Shown here: positions 18,188 to 27,558 of the stretch, piece after piece
Position numbering within the stretch: the stretch's first letter is position 1
Layout of the letters: every line of letters starts with the position of its first letter
From: an uncultured Puniceicoccaceae bacterium
GTDB lineage: Bacteria; Verrucomicrobiota; Verrucomicrobiia; Opitutales; Puniceicoccaceae
DNA: 59,884 nucleotides
Assembly (NCBI GenBank): GCA_964633135.1
Contig: CAZWFJ010000001.1
Span: 1-59,884, forward strand
Direction of reading: 5' to 3'
Notes under the pieces: generated by a model
Databases searched by the model: none
Seen by the model: only the letters and a program-made list of their open reading frames with translations
What the model was told of the DNA's origin: nothing
Program-made: the position numbers and the translations under genes

Positions 18188-18625
18188 TTACAACTTCGGT
18201 ACCGTGAGTCCGGTAGCTCTCGCCAGTTTGACTTGTCTTCGGTCGAAGCTGAGAAAGCGTTGGCAGCCCAGTGACACGGCCATGGCAACGTGAAGGATGT
18301 CGAGACTGCGGGTGCCGAGCTTCTCGGAGTGCCGTGCACTGAGGCGTTCGGCTTCGATCAGGACGGAGCCGTGTGGGATATCAACATGACTGAAAACGCC
18401 CGCACTCAAGTCGGCCAGAAGAAGGTTCAGCGATCGGTCCCTCTCGGTGATCGAGATTTCTTTTCGAAAGACGCGCAGGCGCAATGCGTTGCGGAATTCG
18501 ACCTGGTTGAGCCAGGAAAAGCAAATCGACTCGCGCTGCTTCTCCATTAGATCGAGAACGCGGTCCGTGTGGGCATCCGGCGTATAAAGCGAGCAAACAA
18601 ACCCCGTGTCCGCGTAGTCCTTCAT
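18188..18625 (-). CDS. vapC: VapC family PIN toxin
   Basis: YADTGF, EFRNALR, GTRSLDILHVA, FLSFDRRQ. Confidence 0.9.
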   Translation of the reverse strand: MKDYADTGFVCSLYTPDAHTDRVLDLMEKQRESICFSWLNQVEFRNALRLRVFRKEISITERDRSLNLLLADLSAGVFSHVDIPHGSVLIEAERLSARHSEKLGTRSLDILHVAMAVSLGCQRFLSFDRRQVKLARATGLTVPKL

Positions 18626-18867
18626 CGTTCGCCGCGCTCTTCCGCGAGCAGTTCCGTAGCCGTCGTCGGCAATACGCGGTCGCCGTAGATCGCTTGCAGC
18701 CTTTTTCGGAACTCAGGACGGGTCCTCGAGTGATTCTCCGGCTCCAGCGGCTTCAAGATGGCGATCCGTTTGTCGCGGCGGCAGATCTCGACGGATTCGC
18801 CCAGGGCGACGCGTTCCATGAGCGCGGCGGTCTCGTGTTTCAGGCTACGGATGTTGACCGATTTCAT
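18622..18867 (-). CDS. Phd/YefM family antitoxin
   Basis: MKSVNIRSLK...ERVALGESVEICRRDKRIAIL; ATGA overlap with toxin. Confidence 0.88.
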   Translation of the reverse strand: MKSVNIRSLKHETAALMERVALGESVEICRRDKRIAILKPLEPENHSRTRPEFRKRLQAIYGDRVLPTTATELLAEERGER

Positions 18868-19186
18868 TGTAACTCATTTATGTGTCACATGAGAGTAGAT
18901 GTCAACCCGGGGGTTCGGAACTCGACGCAAACGGCAGGGCGCTAAAGCAACCCTGCCACGGATCGATGCGCAGCCATACTGGATACACGACACCGGATGG
19001 AAGCGCCCGGGTCGTGGCGTTGCGATGGGGAGAATTTTTATAACCGCGGATTACGGGATCCGTCTCCGGGGACCTGCGCCGGGACAGGTGGGCGCGGATG
19101 GACTGATCGTGGGCACCCGCCTTTACCAAGGCAAAAAAGGTATGCGTTGCGAGTTGAAGCGGGTCAGAGTTTGGTTTGCGAAGGAA

Positions 19187-20232
19187 CTACCCCAGCTCCA
19201 GCTTGGCACTTTCCTCCGGGATTTCGTGGAAGAGGACGGGGCCGTTTTGGGAGTAATCGACGGGGAGGTCCATGAGGTGGACGCCCCCGGTGCCGAAGGC
19301 TTTTTCGAGAGTGGGTCCGAGATCGGCGGTGGCGGCGATGTGGTGGCCGGTGGCACCGTAGCTTTCGGCGTATCGGACGAAGTCCTTCAGCCCCATCTCG
19401 GCCTGTTTCCAGCGGATCATGCCGTAGGAGGAATCGTTGAGGACGAGGACGACCAGATCGAGCCCGAGGCGGACGGCGGTTTCGAGGTCCTGCGAGTTCA
19501 TCATGAATCCGCCGTCGCCGCAGACGGCCAGAACGCGGCGGTCGGGGTAAACCATTTTCGCCGCCATGGCGGAGGGAAGTCCGGCCCCCATGGAGGCGAG
19601 GGCGATGTCGCCGACCATCCCGGCTTGGGGAAAGTAAACGGGATCGACCTCGGCGGTGGTGAAGTTGACGTGGATGACCTTGCGCTCGCCGGTGTTCATG
19701 AAGAAAGGCGGCTTTTCGACGACGTCGTGGCCGACGTTGAGAATGCAATCGGCGGCTTCGAGGGCGCGGTGGGGAAAGTCTTGATCCGAAACCGCGCAGT
19801 TGCCGAGAAAGAGTGGATGGGTCTCGTCGACGACGCCCTTGCCCATCTGGGTGGTGACAAAAGGGATGCCCTGCTTGTCGACGAAGGCCCGGAGCATGCG
19901 GGAGGTCATCTTGCGGTTGGCGGCCGCGCCGATGAGGAGGATCGGACGGCGGGCCTCGCGGAGGAGTTCCAGGGCGCGGGCAACGGCCTTGTCCTCCACC
20001 ACCGGGCGACGGTGGTAGCTTTCGGTGATGGGGGTGGCGTCGGTCGTTTCGCGGGCGACGTCCTCGGGCAGTTCGAGGTGGACGGCACCGGGGCGCTCTT
20101 CTTCGGCCAGGCGAAAGGCGTTGCGAATGCGCGAAGGGATAGCCGAGGCGCTGACGATCTGTTTGGTCGATTTCGCGATGGGGGTCATCATATCGACCAC
20201 GTCGATGATCTGGAAGTGGCCCTGTTTCCCAT
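19187..20232 (-). pseudogene. Acetolactate synthase large subunit pseudogene (5' loss plus two internal deletions)
   Basis: KQGHFQIIDVV, RPGAVHLELPED, GDGGFMMNSQ; abrupt joins VGDIA|LASMGAG and EMGLK|DFVRYAE. Confidence 0.85.
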
Positions 20233-20395
20233 GGACTAGACGAGACGAGGCAGAGGCGTTTTTATTCCGTCCATCTCCGGCCAGGAGGCAGCGACACCGC
20301 CATTCCAGGACAAGGCTTATGCCCTACGGATGAACGCCTGCCATGAAGGCTTGCTTCCAGCGCCCGCTTGAAGGTCGGGCGAGGCACTGAGCCAC

Positions 20396-20791
20396 CTACT
20401 CCCGCTCAAACATGCACCGAACGAAGCCGATTTCCTCCCGGCGCAGGTAGAGAATTGCGCCGCAGGCGATCCAGATAGCGAGGGCCGCCGCAGCGTAGGG
20501 AAGCATGTTTCCGGAGATTCCCAGCCGGGTGGCGTGGGCGATGAGGGCACCGGTCATGAGACCCCAGGCGAGCACCGCGCCCCAGGCTGCTGCAAAGGGA
20601 AGGAAGAGGACCAGCGCTGCCACACACTCGAGTCCGCCGACGAGGTATCGCCCGAAGGGTTCCATCCCGAGTTGGGTAAACATTTCGATTGAGCCCGGGT
20701 CGCCCGTCAGTTTTGAGACTCCAGCAACCCCGAGGATGACCGCAGCGGCACCTTGAAGGGGGTAAGCGAGCAAACGATTCGATCTCTTCAT
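20396..20791 (-). CDS. DoxX family membrane protein
   Basis: SKLTG....IEMF..LGMEPFGRYLVGGLE, MTGALIAH. Confidence 0.85.
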   Translation of the reverse strand: MKRSNRLLAYPLQGAAAVILGVAGVSKLTGDPGSIEMFTQLGMEPFGRYLVGGLECVAALVLFLPFAAAWGAVLAWGLMTGALIAHATRLGISGNMLPYAAAALAIWIACGAILYLRREEIGFVRCMFERE

Positions 20792-21657
20792 GCCGGAATC
20801 TCCTCGGGTTGTAGTTTTTTCCGCAGGAAGGGTTCCTCGGAAACCATCCGCCACAGGTTGCTACCGGTGGGAATGAACAGGTCGTCGACGGTCAGCCGGG
20901 TCGGGCAGGATTTGCCGAGGGAGACGGTCAGCTCTTCGAGTTCGTGCAGCGTATTCTCCACGTAGTGGCGGACGCGCTCCGACCTGGTCTCCGGAACTAA
21001 TCCGGCCTGGAGGGCAGGGTCCTGGGTAGTGATTCCGACCGGACAGGTGTTGTTGCCACATTCGCGGGCCTGGAGGCAGCCGAGGGCGAACATGAATCCG
21101 CGGGCACTGTAGATCGCGTCGGCCCCGAGGGCGAAGGCGACGACCTGGCGTCCGGCGTCGATGAGCTTGCCCGAGGCGAAGACCTTGGTCCGGTTCCGCA
21201 CCCCTGCTTCGACGAATGAGGTGATACTTCGGGTAACCTCCCTCGCCGGTGTTCATGGTGACCCCGGCCTCGGCCGCTCCCCTCGCCAGGGCCCGCACCG
21301 CGTGCGAGCCGAGTGCCCCGTAACTCATGGCACTGATCAGGAAAGGCCGGTTGAGGACGTAGGGTTCCTTTGCTCCGCGTTCTTCCCCGAGAAATACTGG
21401 CGGAGCTCGGGACCGATACTCTCGATCAGGTAGCGACCCTGTCCGAGAATGCCAAAATTCCGCAGAACGGTGTGCTCGGTCTGCACGTGGCGGTAGAAAA
21501 AATTCACGAGCAGGAGGAAGAGAAAGGCGACCGTGAGGAAATGGAAGTAAAAGGAGAGGAAGGATCCCGCCGCAAAAAAGACAACCGGCAGGATAAAGAC
21601 GACCGCGTTCGTGAAACGGGCCATCTTGTGGAGATCGATGCGGAGGGCTTTGGGCAT
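20788..21657 (-). pseudogene. FMN-binding glutamate synthase family pseudogene (two large deletions with frameshifts)
   Basis: LRNFGILGQGRYLIESIGPELRQYF | ISAMSYGALG..NTGEGG..KYHL | ARGFMFALGCLQARECGNNTCPVGITTQ in different frames. Confidence 0.9.
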
Positions 21658-21757
21658 GGAAAGTGGCTACTAAAGGGACGGACTCCGGCTAGGATACTTC
21701 CATGGTGCGTTCCCGTTCAATCAGACGTGGCACACCGGAGATCACCGGTTCCCGGCA

Positions 21758-22617
21758 ACCCATCGTCGTCGCCCCACAAGCTTGGGAAAGTCGACCCCCT
21801 GCCGGGAAGGCCCGCCCGGGCGACACGGAGCGATTCCGCATCCGTGCGGAAATCGTCCGCCGTCGGGAGGGTCCCTTGCTCACTCGTTGGAATGGTACAG
21901 CGAGACATCAATCTCCACCTCATTGGCCACCTTTTCGCCAATGACCGGATGGGAGATCCCGAAGTCGGCGAGGGCAACGGTGAATCCGGTTTGCACGGCC
22001 ATAAGGTCGCCGGAAGCAATCTTCTTCGTGCGCTCGCTTTCGGGGAGAACGATGACGGTCGCCGTCGCCTCGACCGGTTGGGTCTGGCCGTGAATCTCCA
22101 CCTCCCCGGCGAATTCCGCTTCGTATTTGGCAAAGGAGTCCGTGGAGGAGACCTCTTCCCACGCGCCGACCTCAGTCAGGCGAACCTTGATGTGGGGATG
22201 CATTCGGCATGGAGCAGCCTGCGGCAAAAAGGACAAGGCTTGCCGCCAGGCCGGTGGAGAGGAGTCTTTGTTTTTTCATTTTTTCCGTTTGGAGTTATGG
22301 GTTCGGCTTTTTGAAGGAATCCAGGGGCAGATGAGTTATGGTTCTTGTTCCCTATTGTGGTTCGATCGTTTGAGGTTTGTTCGGTCCACGGGACGAGGGA
22401 ACGCGTCGCTTATTCCCTCAAAATCGTACCTTTCGATCATCGGGCGGCTCCGCCTTTTCCGGGCAAGGCTGCTTTCGACCCTTCGACAAGCTCAGGACAA
22501 GCGAAGCTCAAGCCAGAGAAAGCCATGCCCCACGTGGGTGGGTTGCTCTCGACCTCCATAGCCCGACCGGTTCTCCGTAGCTCTGAGAGCGTAGGGGAAA
22601 GGGCGGCGGAGGTTCAT
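21758..22617. repeat. Segmental duplication (YceI locus and flanks), partner 34236-35050
   Basis: Colinear high similarity, each copy carrying different deletions. Confidence 0.9.
21880..22279 (-). pseudogene. YceI-family lipoprotein pseudogene, copy 1
   Basis: MKKQRLL..LFAAGC lipobox, then out-of-frame jump to HPHIKVRL..GEVEIHGQTQPV..DFGI..KVANEVEIDV. Confidence 0.82.
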
Positions 22618-22730
22618 CGCCCGCCTCGATAAGCCGCCGTCGACGAAGCCAGTCCAAAGTCGTCGGGCAGCGAAACATCGATCCGTCGCGCCATAACCTT
22701 GATCAACCCGAAATGGTGGGTAGCGTGCTT
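22614..22730 (-). pseudogene. DinB-family C-terminal remnant
   Basis: HATHHFGLIKVMARRIDVSLPDDFGLASST resembles the H-x-x-HH...P..FG.A.ST end of DinB-like proteins. Confidence 0.6.
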
Positions 22731-22803
22731 TGGGAGATCTTTTTCGACAATCATTCGGTGAAAGAATTTGACACCCGGTAAAACATGAACAGACTTCCTG
22801 CAC

Positions 22804-23076
22804 ATGGAAGCAACCTATACAGAGACTCGCGGAAACTTCGCCCAACTGTGGGATCGTGTTGTCGATGAGCGGGAAACACTCACGATCCATCGCCGTGGAT
22901 CAGAGGATGTTGTCCTTCTACCGGCATCTGAGTTGGCCAGCTTGCAGGAGACAGCCCACTTATTGAGATCGCCCAAGAACGCGAGGCGGCTTCTGGAAGC
23001 TTTGATGCAATCCATTCAGGGAGAAGGGGAAGAGATCGCTCCCACATCCCTACGAAAAGAGATTCAGGCAAGCTGA
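22804..23076 (+). CDS. yefM: YefM antitoxin
   Basis: TYTETRGNFA, SLQETAHLLRSPKNARRL. Confidence 0.93.
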   Translation: MEATYTETRGNFAQLWDRVVDERETLTIHRRGSEDVVLLPASELASLQETAHLLRSPKNARRLLEALMQSIQGEGEEIAPTSLRKEIQAS

Positions 23077-23337
23077 TTGGTGCGCTCTTGTATTCTTCAA
23101 AAACAGTGTCGTGAGGACATTCACGAATGGGTGAAGTTTGATCGAAAAATCGCGCTAAAAGTGCTCGACATGATGGATGAGGTTTTGCGTGATCCATTTA
23201 CAGGCAGAGGTAAGCCCGAACCATTGAAACACCTCCCGGGTAACGTCTGGTCTCGCAGAATCACCCAGGAGGATCGTTTGGTTTATCGAGTTTACTCCGA
23301 CAAAGTGGATTTTCTTCAAGCGAAGTACCACTATTAG
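23077..23337 (+). CDS. yoeB: YoeB/Txe toxin
   Basis: DPFTGRGKPEPLKH, WSRRITQEDRLVY, QAKYHY. Confidence 0.93.
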   Translation: MVRSCILQKQCREDIHEWVKFDRKIALKVLDMMDEVLRDPFTGRGKPEPLKHLPGNVWSRRITQEDRLVYRVYSDKVDFLQAKYHY

Positions 23338-23348
23338 TCCGACACGAC

Positions 23349-23478
23349 CGAGGGCCTTTCATCTGGCCCGCGGTGGGTCGTGTGCCCAAAAGGAACTCCG
23401 CCTTCAGGCGGAGATAAGCCCGAAGTGGGACAAAATCCCGAGACAAGCTTTGATTTTCTGCCAGATGAAAGGGCCCTG
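23349..23478. mobile_element. 130-bp MITE, copy 1 (inverted relative to copy 2)
   Basis: Imperfect 19-bp terminal inverted repeats CGAGGGCCTTTCATCTGGC / GCCAGATGAAAGGGCCCTG; internal hairpin CTCCGCCTTCAGGCGGAG; no target duplication visible. Confidence 0.85.
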
Positions 23479-23543
23479 ACTGAAGCGGGGTTTGGAGTTG
23501 ATACGGACTTGCCGGATCGGGCGAGGTAAAACAAGCTGGAAGC

Positions 23544-24437
23544 GTGTATGATGACGAGCTCAGTTTCGACGAAGAAGAAGCTTTTGAGTTTTTGCGAAAG
23601 CTGATGCCGACCGGCTTCGCCGGTCCGGATGTGCTGACGGAACTTGCGCCGGAGGGCTGGGAAAAGTCTGGTTTGGCGCGGGCCTTTCATCCTACATTGG
23701 AGCAAGCGCATGCGGAGACCGTAGCCATGCACGAAAATCTGGAACGGCTCCGAAGTATCGGGCGGCAGCGGCGCGGCGAAACGGAGGAGGAGGAAACTGC
23801 CCCACCGGATCCACCGCCCACCTTGGAGGAGATCCGCGCTGAATACGAGGAAACGCCGGTGATTCCTGCCAAGGAGTGTCGCGAAATCGTGGGTAGCGTG
23901 CTTTGGGAGATCTTTTCCGACAATCATTCGGTGATTGCCGATGACGGGCGTGAAATAGACCTGGGCAGCTTCCGTGGCGCCAGCAGTACGCTCGACGCTT
24001 TTGACCGGGGTGAGATCGAAGAAGAATCGGGGATGGAAGATTGGATGGATGTGTGGGACCGTGGCGACTGCATGCGGTTTTACTGCGGGTTGGCCTTTAT
24101 TTCAGGCCGTGCGGACTACGGATCCGTTTACGAGATGGTCTTCCGGCGCTTGCAAGCGCTCGGGGCGGACTGGATTTATCGTTTTCCGCGGCTCGGCATG
24201 GTTCGTTTCGAGAAGCCGGATGAACCGGCTTCACCGGGCGACTACTCGCCTTCCGAGGCCTTTGCGGAAGAAGCGCGAAAGCAAGCGGAAGCCGCCGAGT
24301 TTGCCGAAACGGAAGCTAGACTCGAACGAACCTATCAAGAGTCGGCCGAAGCAGCTGCGAAACAAGCCCCGCCGCCGATCGTCCGGGCCTACCGGAATGT
24401 TTACGGGCGACTGCCCAGCGGTTGGCCCCCGGCTTAA
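23544..24437 (+). CDS. Acidic hypothetical protein (297 aa)
   Basis: Long ORF with protein-like composition; no family recognised. Confidence 0.75.
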   Translation: MYDDELSFDEEEAFEFLRKLMPTGFAGPDVLTELAPEGWEKSGLARAFHPTLEQAHAETVAMHENLERLRSIGRQRRGETEEEETAPPDPPPTLEEIRAEYEETPVIPAKECREIVGSVLWEIFSDNHSVIADDGREIDLGSFRGASSTLDAFDRGEIEEESGMEDWMDVWDRGDCMRFYCGLAFISGRADYGSVYEMVFRRLQALGADWIYRFPRLGMVRFEKPDEPASPGDYSPSEAFAEEARKQAEAAEFAETEARLERTYQESAEAAAKQAPPPIVRAYRNVYGRLPSGWPPA

Positions 24438-24461
24438 GCGTGTTCCACCGCTTTTTCGCTT

Positions 24462-24851
24462 TCAATAGGTCAAGAGAATCAATCCGGGTATGCGCGTGAA
24501 GTCGCCGTTGTTTCTCGTGACGAGAGGCATCTTGCGGGTCAACGCATGGCAGCCGATCCACAGGTCGTTTGCGCCGATCAAATTCCCGGTTGTCTTTAAA
24601 AGTCGGAAATTTTCGCGATAGACGGAGCCAACCGAGGGTTCGAGGGGAACGAAATCGAGTCGATCCCGGGCAAACTCGACGAACGGATGCGTCTCGTCCT
24701 CGAAGCCGGCCAGAAACTCTCCCCAGGCAATCGGGGAAATCTGCAAGCGCTCCGCGCTGTGCTCGCGCAGAAATCCGGCTACGGCTCCCCGGACTCCGCG
24801 CTTCGCCTCGCGCTGGTAGTCAATCAGGAAGCATGCGTCGATCATTAGCAT
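24462..24851 (-). CDS. vapC: VapC family PIN toxin
   Basis: MIDACFLID, IGANDLWIG, LVTRN..DFTRIPGL. Confidence 0.9.
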   Translation of the reverse strand: MLMIDACFLIDYQREAKRGVRGAVAGFLREHSAERLQISPIAWGEFLAGFEDETHPFVEFARDRLDFVPLEPSVGSVYRENFRLLKTTGNLIGANDLWIGCHALTRKMPLVTRNNGDFTRIPGLILLTY

Positions 24852-25087
24852 GACCACTTGTCTTTCGGTGGTCGGTCCGTCTGCTGGTTGGCATCGAGAG
24901 AATCGAGAATGGCCTCCGAAACCTCGGGGACGGCTTCCATGTTCTCCAGCCACGACTGCGCTGTCGGGGATCTCTCGTCCCACTTGCCCCGCTGAATGAC
25001 CTGGGAAAAGGATTCGCGGGGATGCCTCCGTGCCCGCCGCAGGCGCAGATAGGCATCTTCTGAAATGGAAATATTCTTTGAACCCAT
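24845..25087 (-). CDS. vapB: VapB-type antitoxin, same family as 11830-12054
   Basis: MGSKNISISEDAYLRLRRARRHPRESFSQVIQR. Confidence 0.85.
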   Translation of the reverse strand: MGSKNISISEDAYLRLRRARRHPRESFSQVIQRGKWDERSPTAQSWLENMEAVPEVSEAILDSLDANQQTDRPPKDKWSC

Positions 25088-25205
25088 ATTTGTATGGGTA
25101 TGAGTGAAAAAGGTTCTGTCAAGGATCGGGACGTTCTTGGACACCCAGTGCGCCGCCGTTTCCCGACAGCTTGACAAAAAAATATATTCAATTGAATATT
25201 TGAAT

Positions 25206-25871
25206 ATGGGATGGATCAAAGACTATGACAGCGAGCTTTTCCGGCAATACAGCCGGGTCGGGCATGCCCTTTCCAGCCCGAAGCGGATGGAGCTGCTGGA
25301 TCTTCTCGCCCAGGGGTCGGGCAGCGTCGAGTCGCTGGCCAAGCGGATCGACGCCAGTGTCGCGAACACGTCCCGGCACCTGCAGATTCTGCGGGAAGGC
25401 CGGTTTGTCATCGGACGCCGGGAGGGGCGCTCGGTCATTTACCGGGTCGCCGACGAGTCGGTCACCGTATTTCTCGGACAGCTTCGTTCGTTTGCCGAAG
25501 GGCATTTTCTGGAAATCGAAAAGGCGCGGAAGGATTTCATCGAAGCGCGCATCGGCTTCGATCCGGTCGACCGGGAAGAGTTGCTGCGCCGGGTGCGGGA
25601 CGGCGAGGCCATGGTGATCGACGTGCGGCCGGATGAGGAGTTTGGTTCCGGGCATCTGGCGGGTGCTCTATCAATCCCGCTGGACGAACTGGAGCGCCGG
25701 TTGGATCAACTGCCCAAGGACCGCGAAATCGTCGCCTACTGCCGGGGCCCCCATTGCGTGCTTTCGGTCGAAGCCGTGCAATTGCTCCGCAACAAGGGCT
25801 TCATCGCCCACCGGATGGACCTCGGCCCCGCCGAGTTCATGAGTTCGGGGTTTTCCATTGTCGGCCAATGA
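25206..25871 (+). CDS. ArsR-rhodanese regulator (copy 2)
   Basis: Near-identical to 12490-13155. Confidence 0.92.
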   Translation: MGWIKDYDSELFRQYSRVGHALSSPKRMELLDLLAQGSGSVESLAKRIDASVANTSRHLQILREGRFVIGRREGRSVIYRVADESVTVFLGQLRSFAEGHFLEIEKARKDFIEARIGFDPVDREELLRRVRDGEAMVIDVRPDEEFGSGHLAGALSIPLDELERRLDQLPKDREIVAYCRGPHCVLSVEAVQLLRNKGFIAHRMDLGPAEFMSSGFSIVGQ

Positions 25872-26650
25872 TCCCTCCCAAGCATCACTCAGCCGAACCC
25901 GTCTTCCAACCCGAGGGGCTCTTGCGCGAAGCGAGACGGCAAAAGGGCATTCCCGAGGGGGATGTGCCTGAAATCTGCCTGCTCGATCCGGACGGGGATC
26001 TCGTCCGTGAACTCCGGGATTCCGGAGCGGAAAAAGACCCGCACTGGGCTTGCTACCATACGGAAATGTTCACGCTGGTACGGAACGGTGTCCGCATCGG
26101 CGTGATCGGTTGTGCGGTGGGGGCTCCGTATGCGGTTCTCGTGGCCGAGCAGTTGTTTTGCTCGGGCTGCCGCCTGCTGGTCAGCGTCACCTCGGCGGGA
26201 CAGATCAGCGAGCTGGGCCGCACGGCGACGTTCATCCTCATCGACCGCGCCCTGCGGGATGAAGGCACCAGCCATCACTACCTTCCCACCGCCGATTTTG
26301 CGGAGATCACCGGGCCGATGCGGGATTTGGGAAAACGCCTTCGCGAGGACGGGGTCAACTTGATCGAGGGTGCCGTCTGGACCACCGACGCGCCTTTCCG
26401 GGAAACCCGCGAAGCGATCGAACACGCGCGAAGCCATCACCTGCTCGCGGTCGAAATGGAAGCGGCTGCCCTCTACGCCCTCGCCCAGGCAAAATCACTC
26501 CCCATCCTCTGCTTTGCAAAGGTGACCAACCAGATGGCCACCGTTCCCAATGATTTTGAGAAAGGGGCCATCAACGGGAATGAGGATCTTATGCACTTGT
26601 TGCATCATCTCACCCTGATTTGGAAGGAGGACCGGAATGAAAACGCGTGA
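25868..26650 (+). CDS. Nucleoside phosphorylase superfamily protein (copy 2)
   Basis: Near-identical to 14935-15717; ATGA-coupled to ArsR stop. Confidence 0.88.
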   Translation: MIPPKHHSAEPVFQPEGLLREARRQKGIPEGDVPEICLLDPDGDLVRELRDSGAEKDPHWACYHTEMFTLVRNGVRIGVIGCAVGAPYAVLVAEQLFCSGCRLLVSVTSAGQISELGRTATFILIDRALRDEGTSHHYLPTADFAEITGPMRDLGKRLREDGVNLIEGAVWTTDAPFRETREAIEHARSHHLLAVEMEAAALYALAQAKSLPILCFAKVTNQMATVPNDFEKGAINGNEDLMHLLHHLTLIWKEDRNENA

Positions 26651-27206
26651 AAGCGGCATGCCGGAAGAAGCGACTTGGCGGGGCTTCTTCGAGCCCCGGG
26701 AAGCCCTGCGGGCACTCGGCCTCAGTCGCGACACGCGGCGCGTGGTCGATTTCGGCAGTGGTTACGGCACCTTCAGTCTGCCCGCTGCCGGAATGATCGA
26801 CGGCGAGATGATCGGCCTGGATATCGAGCCTGACTTGATCGAACTCTGCCAGCGCAAGGCGAACGAAGCCGGCCTCGACAACACCCGCTTCCTCTGCCGG
26901 GATTTTGTAGCGGATGGCAGCGGACTCGAAGACGGGTCGGCAGACTACGTGATGCTCTTCAACATCCTCCATGCCGAGCAGCCGGAAATCTTGCTGAAGG
27001 AGGCGAGCCGCATTCTCGCTCCGGGCGGCACTCTCGCGGTCATGCACTGGAATTACGACGAGACGACCCCGCGCGGCCCGGCCATGGCCATCCGGCCCCG
27101 ACCGGAGGATTGCCGCCAGTGGGTCGAGGAATGCGGATTCTCAGAACTCGGCCCTACCCTTTTCCTGCCGCCGTGGCATTACGGATTCACGGCCACAGGA
27201 AAATAG
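26637..27206 (+). CDS. Class I SAM-dependent methyltransferase (copy 2)
   Basis: Diverged paralogue of 15704-16297. Confidence 0.9.
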   Translation: MKTRESGMPEEATWRGFFEPREALRALGLSRDTRRVVDFGSGYGTFSLPAAGMIDGEMIGLDIEPDLIELCQRKANEAGLDNTRFLCRDFVADGSGLEDGSADYVMLFNILHAEQPEILLKEASRILAPGGTLAVMHWNYDETTPRGPAMAIRPRPEDCRQWVEECGFSELGPTLFLPPWHYGFTATGK

Positions 27207-27226
27207 AACAACAGAAAAGAAAACCC

Positions 27227-27278
27227 ATGAAACTCGGCATCATCATCACCCAAACCGACCCCGAAACGGTCTTCAACG
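27227..27278 (+). pseudogene. DsrE N-terminal stub
   Basis: MKLGIIITQTDPETVFN identical to start of 16294-16614, then homology stops. Confidence 0.85.
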
Positions 27279-27347
27279 GTCTGAGAAGTGTGGGGGCAGG
27301 GTTCAATCCTCCATTCCTACCTGCCATGAAAAGCCCTGCCACGGGAA

Positions 27348-27477
27348 CAGGGGCATTTCATCTGGCAGAAAATCGGAGTTTGTCTAGGGATTTTGTCCCA
27401 CTTGGGGCTTATCTCCGCCTGAAGGCGGAGTTCCTTTTGGGCATTCGACCCACCGCGAGCCAGATGAAATGCCCCTG
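27348..27477. mobile_element. 130-bp MITE, copy 2, with 10-bp target-site duplication
   Basis: Perfect 19-bp TIR CAGGGGCATTTCATCTGGC; GCCACGGGAA repeated at 27338-27347 and 27478-27487. Confidence 0.92.
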
Positions 27478-27558
27478 GCCACGGGAATGGCGCGGCTGAT
27501 TTAATCGTTGCATCGGCCCGTCCGATTTGTCTACACGGCCACATACTCTTGAACAGCT

